Source of the DNA: Guillardia theta CCMP2712
Taxonomy: Eukaryota; Protista; Cryptophyta
Assembly: GCF_000315625.1 (NCBI RefSeq)
Contig: NW_005434637.1
Coordinates: 567,013 to 631,012, forward strand
DNA: 64,000 nucleotides
Direction of reading: 5' to 3'
In this document: positions 39,730-52,500 of the stretch, piece after piece
Layout of the letters: each line of letters opens with the position of its first letter
How positions within the stretch are numbered: the first letter of the stretch is position 1
Program-made: the position numbers and the translations under genes
Notes under the pieces: generated by a model
What the model was told of the DNA's origin: nothing
Seen by the model: only the letters and a program-made list of their open reading frames with translations
The model's database searches: none

Positions 39730-39872
39730 AGTTAACACGGCGGCCCGGGCCGGCCTGGCACTGCCGTCACGGTGACCGGCCGGGCCCGAGCCTCCGGTCG
39801 GGTCGAGTTCACTGAGCCAGATCGAGTTCACTGAGCCTGGGATAGGGCGGGCGGAGATGCTGACTGTTAACT
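39730..39872. repeat. GC-rich intergenic patch bracketed by AGTTAACA...TGTTAACT, with internal 16-bp direct repeat
   Basis: GTTAAC at 39731 and 39866; TCGAGTTCACTGAGCC at 39803-39818 and 39822-39837. Confidence 0.75.
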
Positions 39873-39958
39873 AGGTTAATTAAAACGCTGCCATCCAACA
39901 AAAAAGCGGTTCTAGCCCTTTGAAAGGTTGATTCCGCTAAGATTAGAAAGTTTCGAAG

Positions 39959-40550
39959 ATGTCACGAGTCTGCCAGTTTCACATGATGGATTCTCAGGCG
40001 GCGAGAGTCCACTTGTTATTTGATAGTACGACTGCTTAAACCCTTATGATCTTACTCTGTGCCCTTGCCCGCAAACGCCGCAGTGCACGCACAAACAAGC
40101 TGGGTGCAATCGGACGTACTTCGGATAGAGATTTTGATTCCAGTGTAGCCCGATCAGCTTTCCTCTTCTTCTGCTTAGAAGACCTGTGCTGCATTGTCGA
40201 AGAGAATAAGGATGGGAGGAAGGAAGGAAAGAAGAAATGCCAGGCATTATGAAGTTTAACCTTTTAAGAACATCTTCAACTGATGCGAAGTAGAGTGGAG
40301 GTATGGCAGAAGACTTTGGCAGGGAATCGGTGAGATGGGGAGAGACGGTCAGATAGGGATGATGACACTGTTTGGTTCTCCACTAGTTGCCATCTGCACA
40401 CATACAGTACACAGACTCTGCTTTACAAAGAGTCACAAGTTTGAGTTTCCTTGCCTCCCATATAAAGCGAACAGGCATCGAATCGAGTTTACATGTTTCA
40501 CCACAGTCAATGCCTTTTACTTGCGTTCAAATTGTTTTCATTCATAAACT
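39959..40550 (+). CDS. Possible small multi-exon hypothetical gene
   Basis: Purine-rich exon-like blocks with plausible splice sites, but no consistent spliced frame could be built. Confidence 0.2.
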
Positions 40551-40571
40551 CACTAAAACTAAGCAACAACG

Positions 40572-43500
40572 TCAAATCATTGAATCGCCATTGATTCCTC
40601 GAATACGGTCAGAGTATGAGGCAGGTCCGAACCGCTTGGACTCTTCTAGTCTCCTGTATTTTCACACAAAGTTCAGTAAGATGTGAGAAACAGAAGAAAC
40701 GGTTATATAACCTATCACATTCAGCCTCACAGATTCTCCGTATGACCTGATATCCCTGTGCTCCTTGTTGACGATGTCATCCTTCGACAGAAGAATACCT
40801 GTAATGCAATCACATTCTTCATACTCACAGCTTTTCAGCTTCAAGTGCTGTTTACCGTAGAGTTCAATCCCTGAGATGCATAGACGGTGGTTGCCAGAAG
40901 AGTTCGGTCCTGTTTGCAGAACTCTGAAATGCGAGAATGGAATATTGCACTGGATGCAGACTGTCATGGAATGTCGCAGCGAACCAGCTCTCAAAGTCAT
41001 GGAATGGTCGTTGTTATGCTTCCTCAGTGTGAACCAATTAGTCCCATCCACAGATCCTTGAAATTCAAAGTTCCTGGTAAAATCAAGTCAGTGACACTTG
41101 ATAAAGCACCCAGAACTCACCGGATCATCATCGCTGGGGTGCTGAAGCCATGCCTTAGCGTGTAACGTGTCGGGACCAAGAGTCTCCCTTTGCCAAGATG
41201 TACTGAAAGCCAGCTCAGCGGAGTGTCCGACGTGTACATGTCCACGACATCCCGACCGACAAGGTCATATACGTCGCCTTCACATATAGGGAGAGGATGA
41301 TCCGAGTGGGATACATCTACTATCCCGGTTCTGGCAGGATTTGCGAAAGATGCTGTCCTTGTGCCCAGGTAGTACATGACCCCACGCTCGTCAAAGTCGT
41401 GATGATATTGAAGGTGTACTATATTGGTTGCATCTGCACCAGACGAGTAATGTGAAAGTTGATTTCCTTTCGAAACCATCTCAGGTGAAGCGTCTCCTAG
41501 TGGGTTGAACTTGATTCTCCCGAAGAACTCGACCGCATTCAGGCGAATGATGTGGTTTCCACTCGAGGTGATTCCAGTTACCATTATTCGAAGATATCTG
41601 AACATCATGTTCAATTTCGAAATGGAATGTTCGTCGTTCAAAATGGTAAAGTTTGCCCCTTGTGACGGTCTTTTCAATGTATCATCATTTGCATGTGCAC
41701 TCAAAGTCAGCCACTTCTCCCCATCGTTGGAGCCTTGTATATCCCAATTGCGCAAGTGATTTCCAGTGTCTTCGGGTCCTTGCTCTATATAGTATGATGA
41801 GGGGAACACAGATATCTGAGGACCAAAGTCAAAGCAAATCCAGCTGCCAGCCATGTCTTTGGTCTCAAAAGAAACATCCGATTGCCGAGGGCGGTCAAGC
41901 AGTCTGGTGATATGACTGTCCATAAGTGAGCCTGATGACGATAATGTGACGTGCATGAATCTGAACGCGTCAGCTGCAGGGTTGACCCAGTCATGTCGGT
42001 AACCGTTCGTCCCAATCCAATGCAACAATCCCCTTGGCCTCTCTGGTCTGATATCAAGGAAGCGAACCTCAAAGTCTTGAGCTTCTGTCCAGTACTTGAC
42101 ATCATCGTCAACGGCGACAGGAATCCATGTTAAAGCTGGAACTTGGAATTCTTCTGTTCTTCCATGAGTGTCAAGCTTTAAGCTCATCAATTTCAGCCTC
42201 ACGATGTCATCGGGAGTTCTCTGTGTCACCCAATGCCACTGCTTCAAATATCTTCGCTTGAATATCAAAGCTTTTCTTACAGAAACAATACGCCACTCTC
42301 TGAAACAAGTTCGAAGGCAGATTATTCCATGCCTCAAGTAATTCATACTCATGTCGTTCTCGTCATCATTTTCAGTCTGCCCCGAATTTGTTTGCCATCT
42401 ATGCCATTCCCTGACAGAGATTGTTGCATACGGTCGTACGAACAACTTGGTTGTTGAAACTTCTTCAGCCTTCAGCTCATTCTCACCATATGGCTCAAGG
42501 TACAAACCAGTCAATGTCAGCGTCGCTGAAGAACGTTTATTCGATGCAAGCATGGACGTATGGATAGGAGGATCCGGACAAATGACTTCGTCATCCAGAG
42601 CCTCTGCTGGTGAAGGAGTCTCTGGAAAGCTGCATGATGAGTCATCCATCTCCGACTCTGTGGGAGGCTCAGACTCCGTCAGCTCTAGCATCACTTTCTG
42701 CAAGGATTGATCTTGTTCCTTCTGGAGTTGTTGTAAAGCCGCCTCAGCCTTCAAGACTGCAAACCTGTAATCTCTATAGAAGCCCTGGATCACTCTTGCA
42801 GCTACCTCGTGTTTCGAAGTATAATTTCTTCGCATAGCAACGAGTCTACCAAAAAGTTCGACCTTGGAGATGCACAAGTGTTCGCGTCCGCTGGAATTGC
42901 TTCCAGTCATAAGGATACGGAAGTATCGAAATGCTCGAAGTGGTTCCGTGATGTCGTTGATGTAATGCAGGCTTGACGTTATCTTCTGAAACCCTTCTGT
43001 GATTCGGAAATCGTTCCTGTGCTCTCTGAGAGTCTGCCAATGTCTATCATTGTGGCTTGCTTGAAAATTCCAACTCCTCAAAGCGTCGTTGCCATCAGCT
43101 TTTCCATGATAAACCTCATAGCATGTAGGAATGAGCCCGAATCCTTCTCCCAAATCAATCTCGATCCAAGAACCCGGCTCAGCCGCCAGGCAAAACTCTG
43201 TGAGCGGACCAGATTTGAAGAAATTTGCTCGTAGCTCGCCAATTGAACCCTCAATTTCGTAGGTTGAAATCTTCAATTTCAACTTGGGATCCAGTAAGCC
43301 CGAAGAGAAATTCTTGTCTGGCACTGCTTGACTGCGAGCGAGATATTCAAAGACACCATTGGAATCTTCTCTTTCGTAGTTGAGTAAAACAGTGTGATAG
43401 CTGTAGACAGCTTCAGAATGTAGATGTGTATACTGCCCATTTCTGATGGTTTTGAGATTAGGCAAGGACAGGACATCCATGATAAAATCGTTGATGATAA

Positions 43501-46500
43501 GATATATCGGTAAATCTCTCTTTCCCCTTGCCTGCATAAACTTTTCTGCATATTTCTGCTGTTTCAACAGATTTTCTACTCGCATTTGACGTCTCGCTGC
43601 AGCCTGCTGGGTATCGAAGTAATAGTTCAACAATTGGATGGCTGCAAACGTAATCAGCACGTTTACAGGGTCCGTAAGGAACACTTTCTGTATCGTGCTG
43701 ATGCTAGAAGAAGTCATCCAACCAAAGGCCATCGTTTCCTCAAATGTTACGCCGAACAGCATGTTCCTGAGCAGAGAGTCAAAATGACGCAAAAACACAA
43801 CCATTAAACCAAGTACTCACAGGTAAAGGCAGAAAATCATGTAGGAGACCGAAAGAATGTAGGCAAATACCCCAACCCATGAAGGAAGTGCCCCAGCAGA
43901 GGTAGTCGATGTGTGCTTGAACGGAATGAAGCTTGTTTTCTTTGCAGCCTTACCCCTCTTTGAGACCCTTTGTCGAATTCGATGGACTATCGTATTTCGG
44001 CTTTCAAGTTTGGAGAGAAAGACATCTAACAACAGAAGTCAAGCATGCTAGAAAAGACCAGATAAGCACGCATAAATCACCTGCTGCTCGTCTTGCTGCG
44101 ATAACGGACCTTACAGCCTTTAGGAAATCACCTTTGCCTTCAACTGATCCCTTTTCAGTATATCGATTCTGAATCCACCAGCTGAGCGAATTGGTTGTTC
44201 TCGCGGCTTGCCCTGGTCTGAACTTCTGCCTGGCTCTCTGCACAAGCCTTATTTCACGTTCGTATCTACTGATTTTTTCTCTTTCAGATATGACTTCGAG
44301 AATGCTTTTCCTCTTTTCCAGATTTCCTTTGAGTCTGTTGCCTCTTCCTTGAGCCGTTGGTTGAGTCTTCCCTTGTTGATCTTCGGATTGTTCAGAAATC
44401 GGTCTAATAGGTGGATTGGACGGTATGGAAACTTCCTTGGGAAGGATTGCTTTGACGTTCGATTCATCCTGGACTCTTGATCGTTTTTGCATACTTTGTT
44501 TCTTTTTCAACGCTTCTCGTCGTCGCACATTCTACCAAAAAACTCCATTCAGCAAAACGCCTTGAAATTGTGAAGAAGACTCACCTTAAAGAGCATAATG
44601 AAGAACACGGTGGTTGGAACCTGCAACCAGAAATGCGTGAGCGTTAGTGACAGGTGGAAGGGCAACTCACAGTGATCAAACTGGCCAAGACTCCTTTGAT
44701 CAGTGCATCAGCAGGAGTCGAGGGGTCTTTGCCGTAAAAGATTGCATTCGCTGTCATGGAACTGACAATGTAGCAGAAAAAGCATGTAAGCATCTGAGTT
44801 CTGCTGAGCTGACTGTAAGGTTTTGCGTTGACAATGTGAGCAAGATTATGCTTCTCTTCAAGCATTTTGATGAGCTCATCTACGGGCCTGTATTTTGAAT
44901 TGCGCACTGTCCGGTCCCGATCTCGAATGAAATGGGCGGGTGATTTAAGAAATTCTTTCAGTTGCTTTTCATCAACATGTCTGCTCAGCATTACTGCACC
45001 GATGTAAACAAACAAGATTGCAGCCATGAATATAATCACTGCAAGTTGCTTTCCCTTGGCTGCCAACAAAGCAGATGCACCTCCAATGGGATCAACCATA
45101 TTCACATCAGGTGCTGGTGCGCTCTGTGAAGATGTGAAGTCTGTGAGATGGAAGCACTCGCATTTGATCCCGTCAATATCTAGTGATGAAACGGCACAAC
45201 CCCGAGAAGACCAATCCTTCTTGTTTGCATCCCAGAATGTGCAACGTTCAACCACTGATGAGGCATTGGAGGAATTGGTGAGACTCAAGTTTGCACTCTG
45301 TCCAAGCAAGGTTGGCTCGGTCAAAGGAATCATGAATTGGATTGGCTCCTGCGTTACGACAGACACGCCTTTAATCTCAAAGCTAGTGATGCCGCTAATA
45401 GCCTGTGCAGTAGTGTTTGGTTGGTCCAGGGCGTGAATGTTACTACCTGGGCTGAACTCCAAGATTTTCAGATCTATTCCGATCGAGGAAGACGAAGACT
45501 GGATCGACTCATCGGGAAGCTTGAAATATCCTCCTGTGGTACTAATATTCAACCCGCGCGTTGACCTCCCATCGTTTGCAAGCCGCGAAACCGTCGATGG
45601 TATTGGTCCATCAATTTTCCTGGCTTTCTGGCCCGGAACAAACCCCAAGAGTGCGACATCTGTAAGCGACTCGAGCTGAGAGGCAATATCAGCAGTCTCG
45701 TTGGATGCGCTATCTGAGCTTCTGAGAGACTCTGAAAGAGATTGTTCTATCACTTTGTTCAAGTTGAGCAGAGTGTTGTCACTTCCACCACCTACTTGCG
45801 AAGACCCCGTCAACAAATTTGTGACCAGACTCCTTGTACTTTCCCTTTCTGATGCCTGGCCCACAGAACCAATGCCTGTAGCAGATTGTAGTCCGTCGCT
45901 GGCTGTATCAAGAAGCTCTGAATCTATTCTTGCGACTGACAATACTGAATCGATTGCTCCAGTGAGAGTCGTTCTCAGTGCAGTATCGCTCTGCAACAAC
46001 CGTCTCCTGTAGGACGGACGTAGGTTTACTGTGGTTCCAATTCCAACGATAGTTTGTAAGACCTTGGATTCGTCACCAACGCCCAGGCCAAGCTCGACAG
46101 ATTGCACGGAGTCTTGAACCGAAGGGAGGCTTGATTCATTCGATTGAACAAGAACAGTTATTTCTTGAGTGTCTGTGCACGCATCAAACACATCGCAAAT
46201 CCTTGCAGACAAGAAAAGAAGTCCGTCTTCACGATCTGAAGGTGGCAAACGAATGTTCATTGTCGGTGAAAGAGATCTTCTTCCAAGAAGTTTGGTTTGG
46301 TTCCCGCTGTGCAGCTGCCATGTGTAGGATAGTGGTTCATCTTCTGGATCATCAACCCAGTTAGAACACAAACCAACAAAATCCTGCGATAGAGCGATGC
46401 CTATTGTTGGAGAAATCTGTGTCGATCCTGCTGAAGGGGCACCGTTGGTCGGAAAGATGTACTCGCTAAACGAGTATATGTCCCCACCCTCAATCCAACC

Positions 46501-49500
46501 TTCCAGCCTGACCTTGTACACAGAACCTGGAATCAGCGAATTCTTTTCCAAAACGAAATATGCACTATCTTCTTGGCTTAAAACCTCGTATGAGTCGGAT
46601 TTATCACCTGCCACGATTTGCCAAGAGAACTTAGCAATTTCGTTGGTTCCGAGGGGAGTCAGACTACCGCTGAGCTTGAGTCGCTCCTTCACATTTTGCT
46701 TTCTTGCACTAATGCCATTAATTGTCACTCCAATGAGATTACTCCATCTTAGATTCGATGGAGTAGCGAGCAACCGACGGCGTATTTGACTATCAGGTGC
46801 AATTACCTGTACATCAACATATGTGGATGACGTGCGTGGACCGGGTTCTTTGATTGCAAGAACAGTGAATCTATAGGAATATCCCACTTGCAGGTTTCCA
46901 GACGGAATAGTCAGGGTAGGGGTATCTAAATACATTATTCCATCTTTGTCATCAAAACAAAACGGCAGCACACCAGAGTTTTCGACACATGACCATTGAA
47001 AACTCCACGCGTCAGGAGTGAAATCGGGGTCATAACTGTCGGATGCATCCAAAACCAAGAACTCATCTGATGTAATCATGTTCTTCGCTCTCAGTTTCGC
47101 CTGGACAGGTTGCCCTATGATAAATAATGTGACATTTTGCTCGCCGTATAATTCAGGTGCTTTAGACATGGAACCACGGAGGTTTAGGATATATGTGTTG
47201 CCCACAACAAGAAACGAGTTGTCTACATAAAGCTTGCGCGAAAACATCGTTGCACTATCGAGGGGAAACTTAGAATCAGAAACAATCCTCCATTCGAAGA
47301 AAAGATTTGTGTCTTGTGATACGTTGGAAGACATTGTCGATGTGTTGCATGGCGGCAACGCTGAATATCCCTCCACAGAGAATCCTTTTTCCCTTGTGAC
47401 AGATTGGATATTCGATCCAAGTATGTATACCTTAGGCAAGGGGTACTGTGAGACAAGAATAGGAATTTCCTGTTCAGCAAATTGCTCCAGAAAGTTTGTG
47501 ATTCTCAGAACGAAAGTATACGATGTCCCTGGCGAAAGAAGACTGTTTGCAATCGAGACATTCGCAACTGAACCTACCAGTGTCAAGTAAGATGTAACCG
47601 CTTCTTCATTTGGTATTCCTGGCCTTACTCCCCACAGGAATGTCATTTTTCGACCGGCTCCTCCATAGGACGCCGTAGCATCCAATACAATATCTTCGCA
47701 CATGCCGTACATTTTTGCTGATCGCACCACAATAGTGGGTTTCGGCGATACAAATGGAACTTGTACTGGCGCTCCTCCGTTGGTGTAGTAAGCAACATTT
47801 GCAGCGTCTCGAACTCGACTGCTTCTCAGTTCAACCATACTTCCAATGGCTATAGATGCCCCTGGTCCAAGAAATATTTCAAGGGAATCATCAGCAGGCC
47901 AGAAGCATGTTGGATTGTCACCTAAAATTGCAAGTGTTGCGTCTGATAGAAGAAACACACATGAAGTTGTTCCCACGATGTTTGCTTTATTTGTCGATTG
48001 ATCAAATTTGGCTGTGATCTTTACTCCAGATGTAGAGAATCGTACCTCTGTCATTATGGGAGCAGGCCGTTTTTGCACAGTGACCTCGAAGGGTGAACCG
48101 AGGGTTTGATTTCCATCCAAGTAAATATTTAGCCCAGCGACTCCAGGCACGTCGCAGAAGTAATTCAAGCACCAAGAATCAGATGGCGGAAGTGAGGCAA
48201 TCAACCACTCATAGTAGCATGTGACCGCTGGATACTCTGGTGTTGTACTTTTCCCTTCTAATTTACTTGAAAGGAGCGCCTCTGCCTCAGTCCAACTCAG
48301 GGTTTTTGAATTGCCATATGAATCTTTCACGGCCAAACAGACTGTGCTGTTCGTCAGAGCAACAGCTGTACTTGTGCCAGTCCCAGTAGCATAACTTGTT
48401 AATGCATTTTGTGAACCAGACACAACATTCAGAAGGAAGGGAGACGATGGAAAGCCTTGTACACTCTGATCGGCCAGCACTCTCTCTACATAAATTTGAT
48501 ATTGACCTATCGCAAAAAGATTCACTGCAAAAGAATCTCCGGCTCCGCTGTTCAATGCAAAGCTTGACTGAGCTGTTTCTGGTCCAACAGCTCTTACACT
48601 GATTGTAACAGCTTCATTCTGATTTGTATTACCATAGGTATCTCTCAACGTGATAAGAAAGGAATTCTCAAGACCAGCTGTAGCAATGGACCCACCTACG
48701 CTCTGAAGGCTAGACGCTTGTAAATCAATGGAAGCTGGCGATATTGAAGTAGTAAAGGGAGCTCCGGATATATCTACTGCAACTCCAATTTCATTTTCTA
48801 ATTTGATAGCAAACGTGTAATTGGCTGCAGCGGTGATCAAGTAACTGATTGTGGGTGCCGACGAAGACGATTTGACAATTCTTGATTGTATTGGGCAAGC
48901 ATTTGATGTTGTGCAAATGGGAAATACGATCGAATATTGTCCGAAATTGACGAGATCGCCATAGACTATCTCGTTGTTGTATTTGTCGAATGAATACAGA
49001 CTAATGCTTGACTCAACACCTGCAATGCCCCCGCTCAGACCAGTTCCTCGTGCATAACAATTAGGAGGATAAGGAAATCCTGGGCTTACTTGCACTCTGA
49101 TTCCTCGATAGTTTCTAATAAGTGACTGTTGATACAGGAGATTGATCAAATACAACCCTGATCTGGGTGCGTTGAAACTGAATTTGAACAAACCTCCCCT
49201 GTCAGTGCACACTGAGCTCTGACATGTCTCAACTACAGTTGTATTGGTTGCAACAGGTCCCTGCAAACTTATAGTGAAATTGTTTGTATAGGCAACATTT
49301 TTGAATGGAATGATAACTCCATCTTTGTTCCGGATTTGTACACTGAAGGTTTGCACTCCTACACTACCATATATATCAAGCGACTGTGTAAACGGATCAT
49401 AGTTTAATGATTGAGAGATGATGTCAAACTGAGATGGATCCGGAGCGCCCAAGGCAGAAAGTACAGAGATATTGTACGTGTTCAAGCTTTTTCCACCCCT

Positions 49501-52500
49501 AAAGATTTCCAAAGAAAACTTAACAGCTTGATCTGCTGCATAAGTGAAGATCTGTTTACTATTTTGAATCAACAGTTGTTCAGACAAAATGACCGAAGGA
49601 CTGAAAACGATAACTTGATGATTAACCTGATCTTCAGTAGCGATCCCTGCTCTGACATTTCCAAAGACATCTGTGCTGAAAATTTCAAAAGAGCCTGCAA
49701 CTCCAACAGGTGCCCCGTTTAGCCCAGGTCCACCTGCAAATGCTGACGTCGGCAAACCCGGGACTACAGTGATCTGACTGCTATCTCCGACTTGTAACCC
49801 GGATGTTGTTACTCGAATGGTATATGCTGCAGCTCTTGTCAAATAGTACAGCGCAGAAAAGATTCCGTTTGAAATTATTGGAGTAGCAGTTACCGTCTGC
49901 ACTTGATTTGAATCCGAGAGCATTGTGAGGAGAGAGGCAGAGAACGTATCGGTGTTGATTGTTCCGACTTGATTTCCGTATGCGTCTCTTGCAGTAACAG
50001 AAAAGCTTCCTTGAATGCCTGCTGTGGCAATTGAGTTAGATACGACTAGCGTACACGCAGAGGCTGCAATCAGCCCATATTGCACTATGAAAGTTTTGGG
50101 CTGTGTCGGTACAGAGTTCACAGAGATTGTCAATTGGTAGTTTCCAGAAATGGTAGGCGAAAGAGTACTCTGATATGTTCCTGAGCCTGCTGGATTCAAA
50201 GTCAGGGAGATCGACCCTTGATTTCCTGTATCAGCAGCTGTGTAGCTGATCAAAGCAGTTACTTGAGCAAGGTTTGGTACTAGATTGAAATATGAATCTC
50301 GAACATAGATCTGGAGATTAGTCGATTCTCCCGCCATGATTGATTTGAATAAATCCAAGGCCTGTCCTCCCACAGTAATGAGTGTGTTTGTTGCATTTAA
50401 AATCGCAGCATTCGTGATCAACTGCTGAGGGACAAAATTGATAGGGACTCGGTTCACAGAGACCGAGATACTGTATAATCCAGCCTTTGTAATGACATAC
50501 CTGCAAGGCACAATGTCAGGCCATCAAAGTTTGCAAAATAGAAATCAATCATTACCCCAGCATTCGTGCACAAGCTTTGGGGCACAAATTAGATGTTATA
50601 TCGGTAGAACATGGAATCGTTGTACGGCTACAATAACCCTTCGATGCGTTCACCCACGGAGTGATTGCAGTATCGTTGGAGTCTCTTGCCAAATCTGGGC
50701 TGAATAATACGACGAATACATCTGTTCCGTCCACCACATTGTTGTTGAACTCATCCCTAGTGAGGATCCAGAACGAGCTGAAGACCCCTGCAGTACTTAC
50801 AGACAGTGATGAACCACGAAGTTCCGATCTTGACGCACAGGTGATCCCACCAGTCACTCTCAACGAGTATGGACTTCCCAATATGTGAATGCCACTTCTC
50901 CTGATGGAGACCTTGTAATAGTCCTGCGAGCAAAAATCAGGTGGAGTGTTGAGGCAAAGGGCGAACTTCGTACCGCACTAACAGTGGTCCTATAGGTAAC
51001 GACATATTGCCCATTGTACTGTGGAGAAACAGCAGAAGAAGATGGATTATTCAAGTCTTCCACCTTGATTAAAATGTCAGTGCTAAAGAGCAACAATTCA
51101 AATCACAACAATCGTACATTTGCGAAAAGAAACGGTGGTCCGCCGATGAGAACATTGAAGAAAAGGCCTCCAGTTGTCAAACTGAAAGTTGGCAAGTGAG
51201 TGATATAATCAAGAAGACGAGATGAAAAATACTTGTTGCCGAAAGAGTCCTTGGACTGCACTGTAAATGTAGATGTCAAACCTGCCCTCCCATTGGTCAA
51301 AGAAGTCCCATAAGCAACCGATAGAGTGGCATCGGGCAAGCTTGGGTTGACTAAAACAGCAAATGGAGAACCTTGACTGTGGATGAAAGTAGAGTTCTGC
51401 AGACTACCGACATCCATCAAATAATTCCCAGATCTGGTCAAGAGCCATTGCGTTCGCCAACCATCATCAACGCGAGTTGGTGCAAATGTGATCGAATTGT
51501 TTGCCTGCAACATGAGTTGTAATCTTGTAACCAATGTCAAGTCCTGAATTTGCCTCGTAGGGTTTCCAAACGAATCTCTTGCTAATGTACTGAATGTTGC
51601 CGTTTCTCCAGCTACAGAGCCTGTAATTCCTGGACCATTGCTTGTGCACATACGAAAATCTACCGAACCTGGAACTACCTCAATGACATTGGGTAATCCG
51701 ATTTTTACGCCTCCAAGAGTGACAGACAATCTATAGTTTGCAGCAAAGGTTGCTTGGAAGAAGACAAAATACTGCAATTCATCCACAACGTTTGTCGTTG
51801 CTAACTGTACAGCGCCCGAAGCAAATTTGCATGTGGGTACATTTCCAGAAGCACATAGAGTATCGTTTACATATAGCAAAAAGGGGTCACTTTCTCGACC
51901 TGCTCCCCCATAGACTTGAATATTGCCTGATACGTCTCGAGCATATACTCTGAAGTCCTGCAATATCCCGGTAATAATGCTCTTTCTATTCCAGTCAACA
52001 GTGGTCCTTGACGTAACTGTGGCCCCAGGCAAGATACGAAGGTTGAATGGACTGTTGCTGATATGGGCAGTAGTTGTTCTTGATACAACTTCGACCCATA
52101 CGACAAATATTCCAGCGGTTGACAATCGCGGGACAAACGAAAATGTTCCATCGTTGTTGTCGATCACTGGAATGCTGGACGAAGAAACCCTAACATTGAT
52201 TTTGACTCCTTGTATCTGAACATCTTCTCCCAAGAGCGGCAATCCTGAGCTATCCCTGCAGAACATGAATCAGCACACACGATGATACAATCGCACACTT
52301 GTAGATACCTGGTTTGGACCACGATTGGATCTACAGAATCAGCACTTCGAAACATGTATGAGCTGCCGACCATTGTCGATTCTAGAGGAGAAACTGGTCC
52401 GACGTTGCTGATGCATTCCACTCTAAAAGGACTCTTGAGAATTCCTCGCCCATCAGGGGTACAGGTATCCGGTGTTACACATACCTCGGTTAGGATGACG

